Positions 26,471 to 38,179 of a DNA stretch of 64,000 bases are shown one piece after another. The notes under the pieces were generated by a model. The model was not told where the DNA came from and did not search any database. It worked only from the letters and a program-made list of their open reading frames with translations. The position numbers and the translations under genes are program-made. The number at the start of each line of letters is the position of its first letter. The first letter of the stretch is position 1. Origin of the DNA: Amoebophrya sp. A120 (lineage: Eukaryota; Protista; Dinoflagellata); NCBI GenBank assembly GCA_905178155.1, contig CAJINV010000001.1:15810142-15874141 (forward strand), in the 5' to 3' direction.

Positions 26471-27174
26471 GTAACAGCAGGAAGCCGTTTTTCAGGGAGC
26501 GACGCCATCAGGAAAAATATATCAATTTTACAGTACAGTAACGCCATCTCAGTTCTCTTTGATTTCATTCTTCGGTACAAGTCAACGAATTTGAAACTTG
26601 CGAAAAAATTCGCTGCTCCATTGGGAAGAAGGATATTATACATAGTGAGTGGTTCGTAAAATTAAAACTTTGAGCTGTTGCTGTAATCCCCAGCATCGAA
26701 AAAAGTCCGCAGAAGAAACCATAGAGCTCCATCACTGCAAATTTATTAAATTCAAATGCGCTTCTTCGAAGGTGGGGAAGGACAAAAGCTATCCTACCTG
26801 ACATTCTGCTGGTACGGCTTTATACTTGGTATCAAACTGAGAAACCTTCTCCTCCACCTGTTCTCAGTCTGATTCGTTGTTGAAAGAGCCGAGTTCTTTT
26901 TCATTTCTGCAGTGAGACTTTCATAAGGATAAGTGTAACTTCTGCAAGGTGAGGTAAGTCAAAATTTTCAAATTCGCAAGCTGGTGTCACCTGACAAATC
27001 ATGAAACAAGTCTTTGGACGAAATCCATCGTATAATCATTCATTAATATCGGTTTACTTTACTTTTCTGATTCTCTATTTTTTCGCATTTTGTTGTCACA
27101 ATTTGGTTTTGCATTTTCAAGATGGATTCTTCAACTTGAGAAATCTACCCAGGCTCGGCTTTCCCGCCAAGAAT

Positions 27175-30100
27175 TCACTCGGGCGGTGGCTCGGTCTTCC
27201 TGGACTTGGCTTGCAAGCGGAACAGCGTCTCCTTGTGGACTTGACTCGGGTAATTGCGGTTGTAGATGGGCATGTTCACGATGGATACCATCATCGGCTC
27301 ATAGGGCGGCGCCAAGCTCACTTTCCGCTCTGTGTTCAATTTTTCGGGAAAGGCTAGATGCGGTTGATAAAAAGACGCACCACTTTCATTCGTACACATC
27401 ATCACGAAGAGAAGAGGAGTGCCTTTTTGATATAAGGCAAGCAAAAAAAAGCAGTACTTTTCGCCGCCACCCTCCACATGTTGCTGCCGTCATCCATGCT
27501 CTTGAGGGAGTTGGAAACCGGGGCTGCGTCCTCTTCAGCCAAAATCTCCTGTACGAGCCCACACAGCACCACGTCTGGCAGAGTACCATCGCCGTACACA
27601 CCCTTCTTCTTTCGCTTAGAAACTGCGGGCTCACGAGCTTTAGCCTTCGCCTTTGGCTTCGCTGCTGTTGAGAAGATATGAAGACAATGAAGATATTGAA
27701 ATTGATGTCATGATGTTTCAGCTTCGCATGCCATTGACAACATTCAACATCACAACGAACAAGTCAGCGAGTGGATCGCTGTGAACGTCTACGTCATCCT
27801 GTCGAACTCGAAGTTGAACAACATAAATTTACTTGCACCACAAGGCAACAATTGATTCAATAACACGTACATTTCGACTTGGCACCGCCACCGGCCGGCG
27901 CTGCGGCTTCGTGCTCACCCTCTAACAAAACTCCGTTCAATTCGTCCTCGTCCAGGTCATCTTCCTCGCTGCTAGCCTCGGACTCTTCGCTCTCTACATC
28001 CTCCTCCCCGGCTGCTGCCACGACGTAAGATGATGAGGATGACCCGCCGGTGGTTTCGTTTTGCTTTGCATATTACAATGAAAAATGCCCCCTCCCCATA
28101 TCAAAGCGGAAATCTGTGATGCAGATTTGTGGTCACAAATCAGCTTTGTGATGCTAGGAGGCAAAAGATGCGGACTGTAGTGCTGTCTAGTAGGGAAAGC
28201 CTTGCAGCTCCAGGATGACAGGAGGCAACTGGAAGTGGGAAACAGCATGACAGATTACCTGCAATTTAGGCCGCAGCTTCGTCTCGTGGCCTTCTAGCAA
28301 TACAAGTAGATTTGTGTACTCAAATACAGCATCACAAATTCGCGCATCTTTCGTTTCCGATATGGGGTGGGGGCTTTTTTCACTTTGATATTGCACTTGA
28401 TGATGATGCGGTAGCTGCTGCTTGCACAAAACTGGGCAGTTTCGTTCGATCTGCCATCTCTATCGCGCTAGAGCTAGAAGATGTTGCGTTGCTGGAGTGG
28501 TTTGCTAAAAATTCTAGGTCAACTTCCTCCGTTGCGTTCTTGGAACTGCCGGATGGACTGCTATCCGGACTGCTTGTGGCGTTGCTGGAATCTGGGGCGC
28601 TCGCTTTGTGTTGGCCCTCCCCTAACGCTTGGGTATCACCTGGTCCATCGACTGTATTGTAGAAACCAGAAGTAGGACCAATTTTTTTTTTTGCAATATC
28701 ATCGAAATGGAGATCAACCAATGGCAATGCCCCAATTAATTCATCACTTTGTTTCTGAGCACATTCCGTGCGGAAGCCTTTGCTTCTATCAATTTGACGA
28801 CATCTATCGTGTACGCGTAAGAATTCCTGTACCTCGTTTCATCTGCATGTGTCGCGCGATTGCCTCCTCGGCGTTTAAATTTTCGATCGGGGGCTGATCA
28901 CTGACCATCATTGCCGCGGGGTTTCGTCGGTACGTGCGCTTGTAGGTGGAAATGTCACTGTGCTTTTCCGGCCGGCCCTCGATCGAACGACGCACGTTCT
29001 CGACATAGTCTACCGTCCGGGCGTCTAGTGGCGTCAACTGGCACAACATGCCGTTCACGTCCACGATGAGAAGTGCCTGTTAGAAAGATGTTTTGTAACA
29101 TAGACGCGCAACACTTGGCTATTGAGGCCATTTTCGTAAACCAGGTTTTTCAAGTTCCCTCAAGCTAAACCAACCAATGGCCACTGTCTTTGTCATTTTT
29201 GCGCTTCGACTTTATTCAAATCGCCGTACCTGTTCCTCCGCCACTCCAAACGGCAGCTCCCCGGTGATCAGGTTCGGCAGGGGTCGTTCGAGCGAGTCGC
29301 CTCCGAGAAAGTTCATACCGGCACTCATGGTTTTGCTCATCATGCTGCTTTGCCCGGCCATGTACCGGGACCCTGCGCCGCCCGGCTGTCCCGGTTTGCC
29401 CTGATCCCGCTTCTGTCTTGCCGGCACCAGCTGGCAAATCCACGCCCGGTCACCGAGTTGCTTCAAGATGTCGTACTTGGTCTCGGTGGAGTAGGTCATG
29501 AAGGTTCCGAGGTCGCCTCGCAACATGTATCAAAATGAAAAATCCCCCCTCCCCATATTGAAACGGAAACTTCTGTTGCTTGATTTGTGTACACAAATCA
29601 GCCCTGTCTTGCAGCGAGGCACTACAGGCAAAGCCTCAGCCTGCGTAGGGGTGTTTTGTTGTAGGCTCTTGGCATACGAGAGGCCTGCCATGTAGGCGAA
29701 ACAGCATTACAAATCGCCTCCCTAAGGCGGCGGATTCTTTGGGTTTGCCTTCTTGCAAGACAGATGTGATTTGTGACCTCAAATCCGCAACACAAATTTT
29801 TGCAAACATACCTTTTCGATATGGGGAAGGTGGATTTTTCTTCTTAATAACATGTCGAAAATCATCATACAGAACACGGTCAAAATCGCGAGAATACCCA
29901 ACGCGTCGCCCAAACTTGACAGACCGACCTCCGCTACGGAGGTGAAAAGCAGAATCAGGTATCTGTCGTGGTGTGTTTACTTGAGTTCATTCTAATATGT
30001 TGATCATTTCTTGAACATGCAACCGAAAGTTTGCAAACAACGCCGTCTTCATCTGCGTCAATGAATTGAAAACTAAACTTCGAATTCGACATAGTATTGA

Positions 30101-31181
30101 TGTCTGAAAATAATACGTGCCAGCACGTAAAGAAGTACATTGATCGCAGCAGCAGGTCCACAACTCGGGTAAACCGGAACAGCACCGGGACGGAGAAAGC
30201 TTGCGCCACCCAGAGCGAAAAGCAGGACATGAAACACGTGTAGATGATCAACCCCAAGCTCTTCGAGAATGCGCAGACAAAGGTGATGTACATCAAAGCC
30301 TGAAATGGCGAATTGTACACGTGTCCCAGCTGAACCGCCTGGGCCAACGCAATGGCAGCGCAGTCGTCGCGCACGGTGGAGTGCACCACTTTGTCGTCGT
30401 TGAAGGTCACCGCTAGGACGGAGCTGTAACCTGGAATGCGATATTTCTATGATCGAGGACTGCAAAACATTTGATTTCGAAGTGGTTTACTTGCACTGAC
30501 CCTCGACTTTTTACAGGTTCTTTTGCAGCAGGATGCATATGGATATGTAGTTGCTCAACAAATAAGTGATAAAGTCGTCAACCTCCGCACAACTTACCTT
30601 GCCGCGCAGCCTCGAGTTGCAGCACGAGCTGTTGCATAATCCAGGTTCGCATGGGCAACACCGTCGCCTTGAACAGAAAGGGGTCCTTCTCCAGGTTTTC
30701 CGGATTATCGCAGACGTACTCTCGGTCGAAAAGGTCCACAAACCAAAAGTCAAACTGCTTCTCTACCCCGGCCAGGACCAACGCCCCCGTGATCGGGTTC
30801 CGTTCTACGAAACCATGGTAGTAACTGAAATGAATAGTTCGAAAAACAGACTGTGGAAGAAAATACTTAAATGGATCATCAGGATACCTGTTTCGAAGGA
30901 ACATCAACATCGATACACATGCAGCGACATGCAGATCCTGGTAGCTAAAAACATCAAAATTTAAAATTTCTTTACTCCGGCGGCAGCTGAATCGGTGCGA
31001 GAATGGTGATTCTGTATTTGTCTTTGTAGGCCTCGAAGTTTTCCATGATCCGGGGAAGCACCTGATTCCGATTGTCCCAACATTGGTCCGCGGACTTGCG
31101 AAAACGGAGTAACTCTTGCTCGAACTCTTTCTGCTTGTCCTGGTTCACCATGGAACACGACGAAAGCGACTTCTTCTCCAT
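27175..31181 (-). CDS. Hypothetical multi-pass membrane protein interrupted by two introner-like elements
   Basis: Exons join in frame through seven GT-AG introns plus removal of elements 29528-29849 and 28071-28390. Hydrophobic segments include ALMYITFVCAFSKSLGLIIYTCFMSCFSLWVA and GDALGILAILTVFCMMIF; the C-terminal region is acidic and Ser-rich. The true start may lie further upstream. Confidence 0.72.
28071..28390. mobile_element. Introner-like MITE, family A (320 bp, 5-bp direct repeat TTGCA)
   Basis: Left end TATTACAATGAAAAATGCCCCCTCCCCATATC versus reverse complement of the right end TATCAAAGTGAAAAAAGCCCCCACCCCATATC (27/32 identical). TTGCA lies at 28066-28070 and 28391-28395. Removal restores ...SSSSA|KQNETTGG... 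Confidence 0.9.
29528..29849. mobile_element. Introner-like MITE, family A (322 bp, 5-bp direct repeat ACATG)
   Basis: TIR TATCAAAATGAAAAATCCCCCCTCCCCATAT versus TATTAAGAAGAAAAATCCACCTTCCCCATAT (26/31). ACATG lies at 29523-29527 and 29850-29854. Removal restores ...FCMMIFDM|LRGDLGTF... Confidence 0.9.
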
Positions 31182-32522
31182 CTTGGGCGAGGGTGGAGCG
31201 GTGAGCTGGAACGCGAAAAATTACGAAGAAGTTCGTCTTTATTCACAAGAAGTCTCCTCTTGAGTGAAGCCCGTGGCGGGGTGCAGGACGTAGCACAATG
31301 AAGACTGACAATCAATAGGGCGTCGCCGTAGACGTTTTTCACGCGACGACTGAAGAGTAGGGTGTTTCTGCTTTGATGCCTAGAAGGAATCGTAATTTGC
31401 TCCAGAGGTATTCTTGGAATCGACGGAGACGAGTGCTGCAAAAGGACGGAGCCACTCACATCGTCATTTTATGGTTCTTCTAGTGCTGAGGTGTCACCAT
31501 TACTACTTAGGGTTGAGAAGCCACTCTATCCTCGGAACATGCATTCAATAAAATTGTCACATATCGTATGCACATGCAGGGTATCATACCGAATTCAAAT
31601 TTCTAAGGTAAGTGCGCACACTGTAGCCTTGCTGCTTTTCAATTTATTTCAATCAACGGGTGCTAGCGTCACACATAAATGTACTCGACACAAAAGCAAC
31701 TCTCTCACTTCGCCCTCGCTCGATTTTTTCGCAATTTGGATATCTTTTTGTTACGAAAGCGTCGTATCAATGTTCACTCCACATGCTCACAAAAATCGCT
31801 CGTCCAACGGTCGCTCGTCCCACGAAAGTCCTTAGCTCAGCTCTCACTCCTACAACTCGGTGTGATGCAAAGAAATGCGATGACTAGTCGTTCGGTTCGA
31901 GTATCGGTTTCGACAAGGACAATTTGATTCTCCTGTCATATAAGTACTGCGATTTCAGTCGAACGAAAAACACTTATGAAGAGGATGGACAATGTTAGAC
32001 TAGGGCAAACGAGCATAGCCTCCGAGTCCAAGTCGACAGACTTCTTTGACTTATGTCAATAGCATCATAAGGAGCGAATGGAGAATGATGTTCGTGTATG
32101 CTGATAAGTATTTTGCATTCTACTTGCAAGCGAGTTTGTTATGCCCCGGGCGTCTGGGATCAGAGCCTGTGATGAAACTGAACTATTGAAACTATGCATG
32201 GTGTCAAAATGCACTGATAAGATGATGGTCTCAGTTACAGTTCTGGCGTTCGTTCTTCCCCAATTATATTCGAGGTGCTTAAAAAGTAAAGAAAAAAGGC
32301 GCAACTTGAAAAAATGCTCAGGACCAAAAAAGTGTACATTTTCTGTGCAGATGTCTTGACGTACAGAGACGAACTAGGTAAAAACTTGTCGACATGGAAG
32401 TATACGTAAATTCAACTGCAACTGCTAATGCGCATGGGGTAGTTAGTACACATACATTAAAAAATCGTCACCATCGCGAAACGAGTGAACAACTTTTGTA
32501 CATTATCCTGGCGCAGCACTTC

Positions 32523-35500
32523 TTACCGTGCGTCGTTGTCAACGCGGCTCGTGACCGAGACAAAATCGCTCGGCTCTTCTTCGTCTCCCGATTCGAAAAT
32601 TAGAGTCCTGGCAGATGCCGAAGAACCTGCAGGAGCTCCGTCGTTGCGCAGTGTTAATGCCCCGCCGCCGCCCTGTGGTGTGTTCGAGGAAGACGCTATC
32701 GACGGACTGCGCCCCGGTTGTACAACTAGTGAGGATCCGCCAGTGGGTGTAGTATACGTCTCTTCCGTTTCTAGCTGCTCCATCGGCTGAATCTGGCTCA
32801 GTTTTCGATTTTTTCTTCTCGCTGGAGACGTAGAGGTACTAGGCCCGGTTTGCTGGCGCGGCAAAGACGCTGAAGAAGTAGTACCCGCGTTCACTGGGGT
32901 AGAGGTTGCGTTAGTTTTGCTTCCTGCGCCGCTTCTTGTGGACGACCAGAAGTTTTCCGAGGAAGAGGATAAGTTGGATGTCACCGCCAGAGAACTGGTC
33001 GAAGACCCGCCTGCAGTTCGCGGTCGCTGACTTGAGTGTGATGTCGCTCCTCCTGCTGGCTGTTGCTGCGAGTTATGTCCGACAAACGGTCCAGCCGCTC
33101 CGAAGAACTGTTCCATCAACGACTCCCCCTGCTCGCCGGTGCTTCCAGGATCGGAATCCCCCGGCAGAAGTCCTCCGTGGGGAGAAACTACGGACGAGTA
33201 CTTGCTTCCAGTACGTTCGTTGACCTCATTCGAATTATCTGTAGTCTCATGCGACGCTGTCGTTCTTGTGACGTTATCGCGTGCAGGTCGGGTTGTTGTA
33301 CTACTGCTACTGCTACTTCTAGCTCCGTCTACCTCCGACTCGCACTGCGGTATTTCGCCGTCGCGTTGCAGCCGATCACAAACCTTAGTGCCATGATGGT
33401 TGTTGCGAGAACTACCCTGAACAAGTTGTCTACTTCCGCTATCTGTATTTGCTCCCGTAGAACTTGAAGAACTACTGCTGGAGGAAAAAAAGGCGTTGTC
33501 AGTTGTGCTCGAGGACTCTCCTGCTGCTCCTACAGCCTGACCTGATCCTGAAAACGTACCCGCGATGGCCCGTGCCAAAGCGGCCTTTTTACTGCTCGAC
33601 GACGGAGTGGACGATACTTGTTGAAGCCCACTACCGTGGTCGTGCTTAGGTAGATATGGATGCGACGCTGCACTGATCAAGACTTCACTACCTCTTATGT
33701 CCTCCTGTAACCAATTGCACGGCAGCTTTCCTCCCTTACGTGGTGGTGGGGCAGTGCCAGCAGTCGCACTCTCTTGCAGAAGCTGTGTTGACGTTGTTGC
33801 AGGAAGGTCTATTAGCTGCGAGCCGCTCGTCCGAGATGCTGCTGGTTCTTCGGTGGCATGCGCTGCTGGATCTTCCTCTTGGCCGCCTGCAAGAACCGGG
33901 CCTGTTTCTACTACTGTTGTATCATCTACTTGCTCGTTGGCAGCTGCGATTCCACCGTCAGTGGTAGTTCCGTCGCTATTCAAGTCGGTAATCGCCCTTT
34001 GCTGCCTTGCAGCGATGAACTGTGGATCTCGCAGTGTGCGGCTTTCGATGCACCGTAGGAATTCTATGTCCGAGTCGCTCTCCTCAGGCAACCGCGGCCG
34101 CGTGTGAATACCGTGGTAGATGTCGCGCAAAACGTCCCCCGAACTCGCTTCATCCTGCCAAAAATCGTTAAGCGAAAGCGCCAGGCGAACGGGAGGAAAA
34201 GGTAACGAGAGTGGGCGTTGGTTTCCACCTGTTGTACTACTCATGGAATCTTTACTGTCTCTTTGCTCTACGGTAAAATCTGTCTCCGCATCGTTGTCGG
34301 AGGTACTATTTCCCCTTTGTCTACACGACCGCGTATTGAGGTTTTCGTCAACGTCGTCGAGATCGTGGCCAGAAGATCTACTTCCTCCAGATGCCTGGTT
34401 GACTGCCAGCATGTGACTCGGGCTGCACGCAGCTCCTCGACCATTTGGCGGGAAAGAACTGTTGGTCCTTTCAAGCTGGTGAAAAAAACCTGCGCTGCTT
34501 GTCCCTGTGTTGTCGTACAAGTCCTCACTTAAACCACTCGTCCACAGTCCGGTAAGAACCTCTTCGTGTTCAATCGTGGTGCTTCGCGACTGAATATTTG
34601 GGCCCGCGTTCCTCGGTACGTTCTCCCCTTGATCTAAAGTAGCAGCTCTGTTTCGCCGCGGCAGCACGTTCCCCGCCCAGTTTGCGATACAGGAGAGGCG
34701 CGTGGCGCGCGCCTGGCCAGGTTCGTCTTGATCGGTCGCTTGTAGTTGTTGTGCCCCAGCAATGTCGTTATTTCCGACCAGTTGCAGCCCGCCGCCTTGT
34801 TCGTCTACTTGTTGTACGCCGGCCTGGTGTCCTTGCGCCGCGCCAACACCCCCACCTCCATCTACAGGTAGCCTTCTGCGTGCAACGGTCGGTGACCGTG
34901 CGGGAGAAACAGGATTGGCGGTGTCAAAAATTCCGCCGCTGTTCACTGCACTGCTAGAGTTCTCTAAAACCGTCGGGCCATCCTGCGAGAGGACAGCAGC
35001 ACCACCACTAATACTTCCAGCACCCTGAAGATCTGTACTAGACGCGGAACCCGCTCCGTACAAACCGGAGAGTGTTTGCACCAAGCTCGGCGCGGAATTC
35101 GGCGTGATGCTCTTCAGCATTTTCGAACACTTCGCCAAAATCACCGACGTCCTGGTTGGGTACGATTTCGCGTAGGCCCGCTTGATTTCGTCTGTAATGT
35201 CGCAATACCGCAACAACTGCGTCGGGGACATCCGCGCCCACTCGTCCTCCGCGACGATCCCGAGCTCGTCGAACGCAAAATCGGTACTGAACACCGTGAA
35301 CGGCGTGATACTATTGACGCCCCGTGGCCAGAAGTACTTCATCGCTATGGCGTTCTCAAACGTTACATTCTCAACTGTTACATGATTTTGTGCTGCAAGA
35401 CTAGCACAGGTGAGAGGGAGAACCTTGCGCGTCTTGCATTACAGGTTTGATCCGGATTGCAGTGCTATTTAGCCTTCCGAGAATTTGTCATGCGAAGCAG

Positions 35501-38179
35501 CTTGATCGTCTGGCGGGTCATCGTCATTTTGCATGACAAATCATGTAACAGTTGAGAATGTAACATTTGAGGATCCCATAATCGTGGGCCAGAAGTTCGG
35601 CCACGCGTCCGACGTGGCGGCGCCGTTCGCGCGGGCGGAGAATATTACAATGAAAAATGCCCCCACCCCCGAACTTGAAAGCATTTGTATTGCAAACCTT
35701 TCCAAATGAAACATTCGCGCTTTTGCATCTATCAGCATCACAGGTTTTCAATCGTGAATAGCAAAAATTTGTATTGCAAAAGGGCCCAGAAAGAGCGGCA
35801 CTTGTCATGCAAGCGATGCGATATACGCCTAGACTCTGCATCAGAAAGATCCATACTCCTTCCATGCATGACAGAAAGTTTTCATTTGGAAACTTCGCAT
35901 CACAAACTTTGCACTTTCAGGGGTGGGGGGCACTTTTCACTGCAATAGAGAAGGCGACCAGGCCTAAGCCGAGCCGGAGCCTCAGCATGTCCTGGAAGGA
36001 CAGGGCCAGGGGCTGGGTCGTGAAGGTAAACATGCGAATTTGCCGGCAGGAACTGGAGATCAGGTCGCACAATTCCCTGACGTTATCCACAAGTTTTATC
36101 CGCCGGAGACGCAAGTGCAGCAACCGCTCCGGGTGGTCCAGTTGGGAAATCATGGTGCAGATGTCGCTCGCGGAAAGCGGAGGGAAGTCGTTGGAGGTCG
36201 CGTGACCCAGATTGCAACTGGCCAGCTGCACGCTCCGCAGCTTCGTGCTGCCGCACTTGAAAGAGATCTGCTTGCGTCCGTTGTCGGCGCGGAAAGCGAG
36301 AAACAAGTGCTTCAGGTTGTACGCATGAGTCAGATCGGGGAGCGTGGTTAGCGAGTCGACACACAGCTCCTCTAGCAAGCTGAGGTTGAGCCACTTGAAA
36401 AGGTTGTCGGTGGTAACCTGTTGGTAGTGTAGTTTTGTTGCACATGAAAAAATCGAAGAGAAAAACGTACTTAAAACAACTTTTAGAACATTCATGATGA
36501 TCCACGCAAAAACGAATCAGAATTATCAAGAACCGCAGTACCTCCGGCAGGATATTTTTGCGCAGCTTTTTGCTCATGTCGAGGTTGATTTTGAAGTGTC
36601 GGAGCTGGTGGAAGGGTCGGACGTCCATCACCAGATTGGTCAAACACAAGGAAACCACGTGCTGGCGGTTCTGTATCGGCATCCACTGGTCGAACTGATC
36701 CTTCGTAACTAAATTCGGTGCCAACCGCAAGTGCGCAATCCGCCTCTGCTCGTAGAACTCCTTGCAGGTCATCGCCAAGTGGATCGCATCTTTCAAGTCC
36801 AGAAACTCCGACAAATGGTAAAAAGGCAACTGCCACATCTCCGGACCCTTGGTTACCTCCTCGTCTCTAAATTCCTCATCGGAGGTTGTAGAGAGGAAAT
36901 CCTCCGACTCATCGTCGTAAAAATCTAAATCGTACTTCCCGTCCTCATAAGCCTCTGCTGCGCCGGCGGATAACATATTTTTGTTCTCAACGTGGTGCAG
37001 GTCATCCTCTTCTTCGCAACTGGAACTGGTTGCGGCAAGTCCAGAGAGCGTTCGCTCGAAGCTGTTTTCCTCGGGTCGATGCGCCGTGGCATCAAGGGCT
37101 CCGACGCCGCTGTTTCCTTCTATCTTTTGATCTTCTTTTTGTGCTGACAAGTTGTGACTCGTCACTGCCTTGTTTCCCTTGTTTGCCCTAGTAACTGCTG
37201 GAATATCAGCGAGCCGTAGTTCCGCACTACAAGAAGACGCAACACATGGACGATTGCAGTCGAATTTATTCTTTGCGCCTGCAACCGTGGTCGCGACACA
37301 GGAGGTTGTGCAGTGCTGCTGCTCCTCCTGTTGATCCGTTGTTATTATTTCGTTTTCGCCCACCCGACGTTCGTTATCAACTTCAGAACCAGTGGCATTT
37401 CTCCTTTGCTTCGACAGTCGTCGGCTCATTCGCCTGCTTCCTCCTGCGCCTGGAGGACGTCGACTTTCTCTGACCCTTACGTTGTCACCATTACTATTCT
37501 GGTCGGCCCGCTCCGGAGAGTCTACTTCTAAGCAGTCTTTCCGGCGCACACCCGTACTAACCCCGAACAAGCTCTTCGCTGTGCGCTGCAGGGAAAACGT
37601 GATCTTCCCCATCGTACGGGCAGAGGGCGGGCTCTCCAGCGGTTTCTTCATAGTACTGCCAAACAACCGATCGAAGAACTTCAACTTCCTCGGGGACTGG
37701 CTCGCGGCCTTTTGCTGCGCTCCCGCTCGCCTACTTCTGCTCCCACTACGCCTGTTGACCGCCCGAGGGGGCGGAGTTGTGAACAAGTGGTCTTCTGCCG
37801 CAATCAGCGGCTCAGGCGGAGGTGGGCCTCGACGGACGACTACTTGTGCTGTGGTTATTTCCTGTGGCAGAGAAGACGAGCGCTGTTGTAGCGGTGTGCT
37901 GTAGATCATATCGGCGACGGGCGAATGAAAATTTTGGCTCGGCGTGTGATTTCCGAAGTCATGTTGTCCTCTTTGACGAATGTCATCCGTTGGTGTACTC
38001 ACCGTCAGATCGAAGCTCGTCGAAGTCAGCACGAGCGCATTTGAAGGTGGCCGGTCGCTTGTTGAAAACATGCGCCGCTCTCCTGAACCGCGATCATCCT
38101 GCTCCCGGTTTTCTTCTACCGCGCCGTCAGCCGCGTAGCTCCCCTGCTCGTGGTCTTGTTCCACGAACATGGTACTCAT
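32523..38179 (-). CDS. F-box-like / leucine-rich-repeat-like protein with long Ser-rich disordered termini, interrupted by two introner-like elements
   Basis: F-box-like WQLPFYHLSEFLDLKDAIHLAMTCKEFY is followed by LRR-like LxxLxL units (LEELCV, LKHLFL, LRSVQL, LLHLRL). One GT-AG intron (36418-36541) plus removal of 35643-35947 and 35346-35580 joins the pieces to the 939-aa ORF 32523-35342. Confidence 0.7.
35346..35580. mobile_element. Introner-like MITE, family B (235 bp, 43-bp TIR, direct repeat ATCGC/ATCGT)
   Basis: TATGGCGTTCTCAAACGTTACATTCTCAACTGTTACATGATTT versus TATGGGATCCTCAAATGTTACATTCTCAACTGTTACATGATTT (39/43). Flanks are 35341-35345 and 35581-35585. Removal gives ...NFWPT|MKYFWPRG. 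Confidence 0.9.
35643..35947. mobile_element. Introner-like MITE, family A (305 bp, 5-bp direct repeat GAGAA)
   Basis: Left end TATTACAATGAAAAATGCCCCCACCCC (first 22 nt identical to the 28071 element); right end reverse complement TATTGCAGTGAAAAGTGCCCCCCACCCC. GAGAA lies at 35638-35642 and 35948-35952. Removal gives ...GLVAFS|ARANGAATS... Confidence 0.9.
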
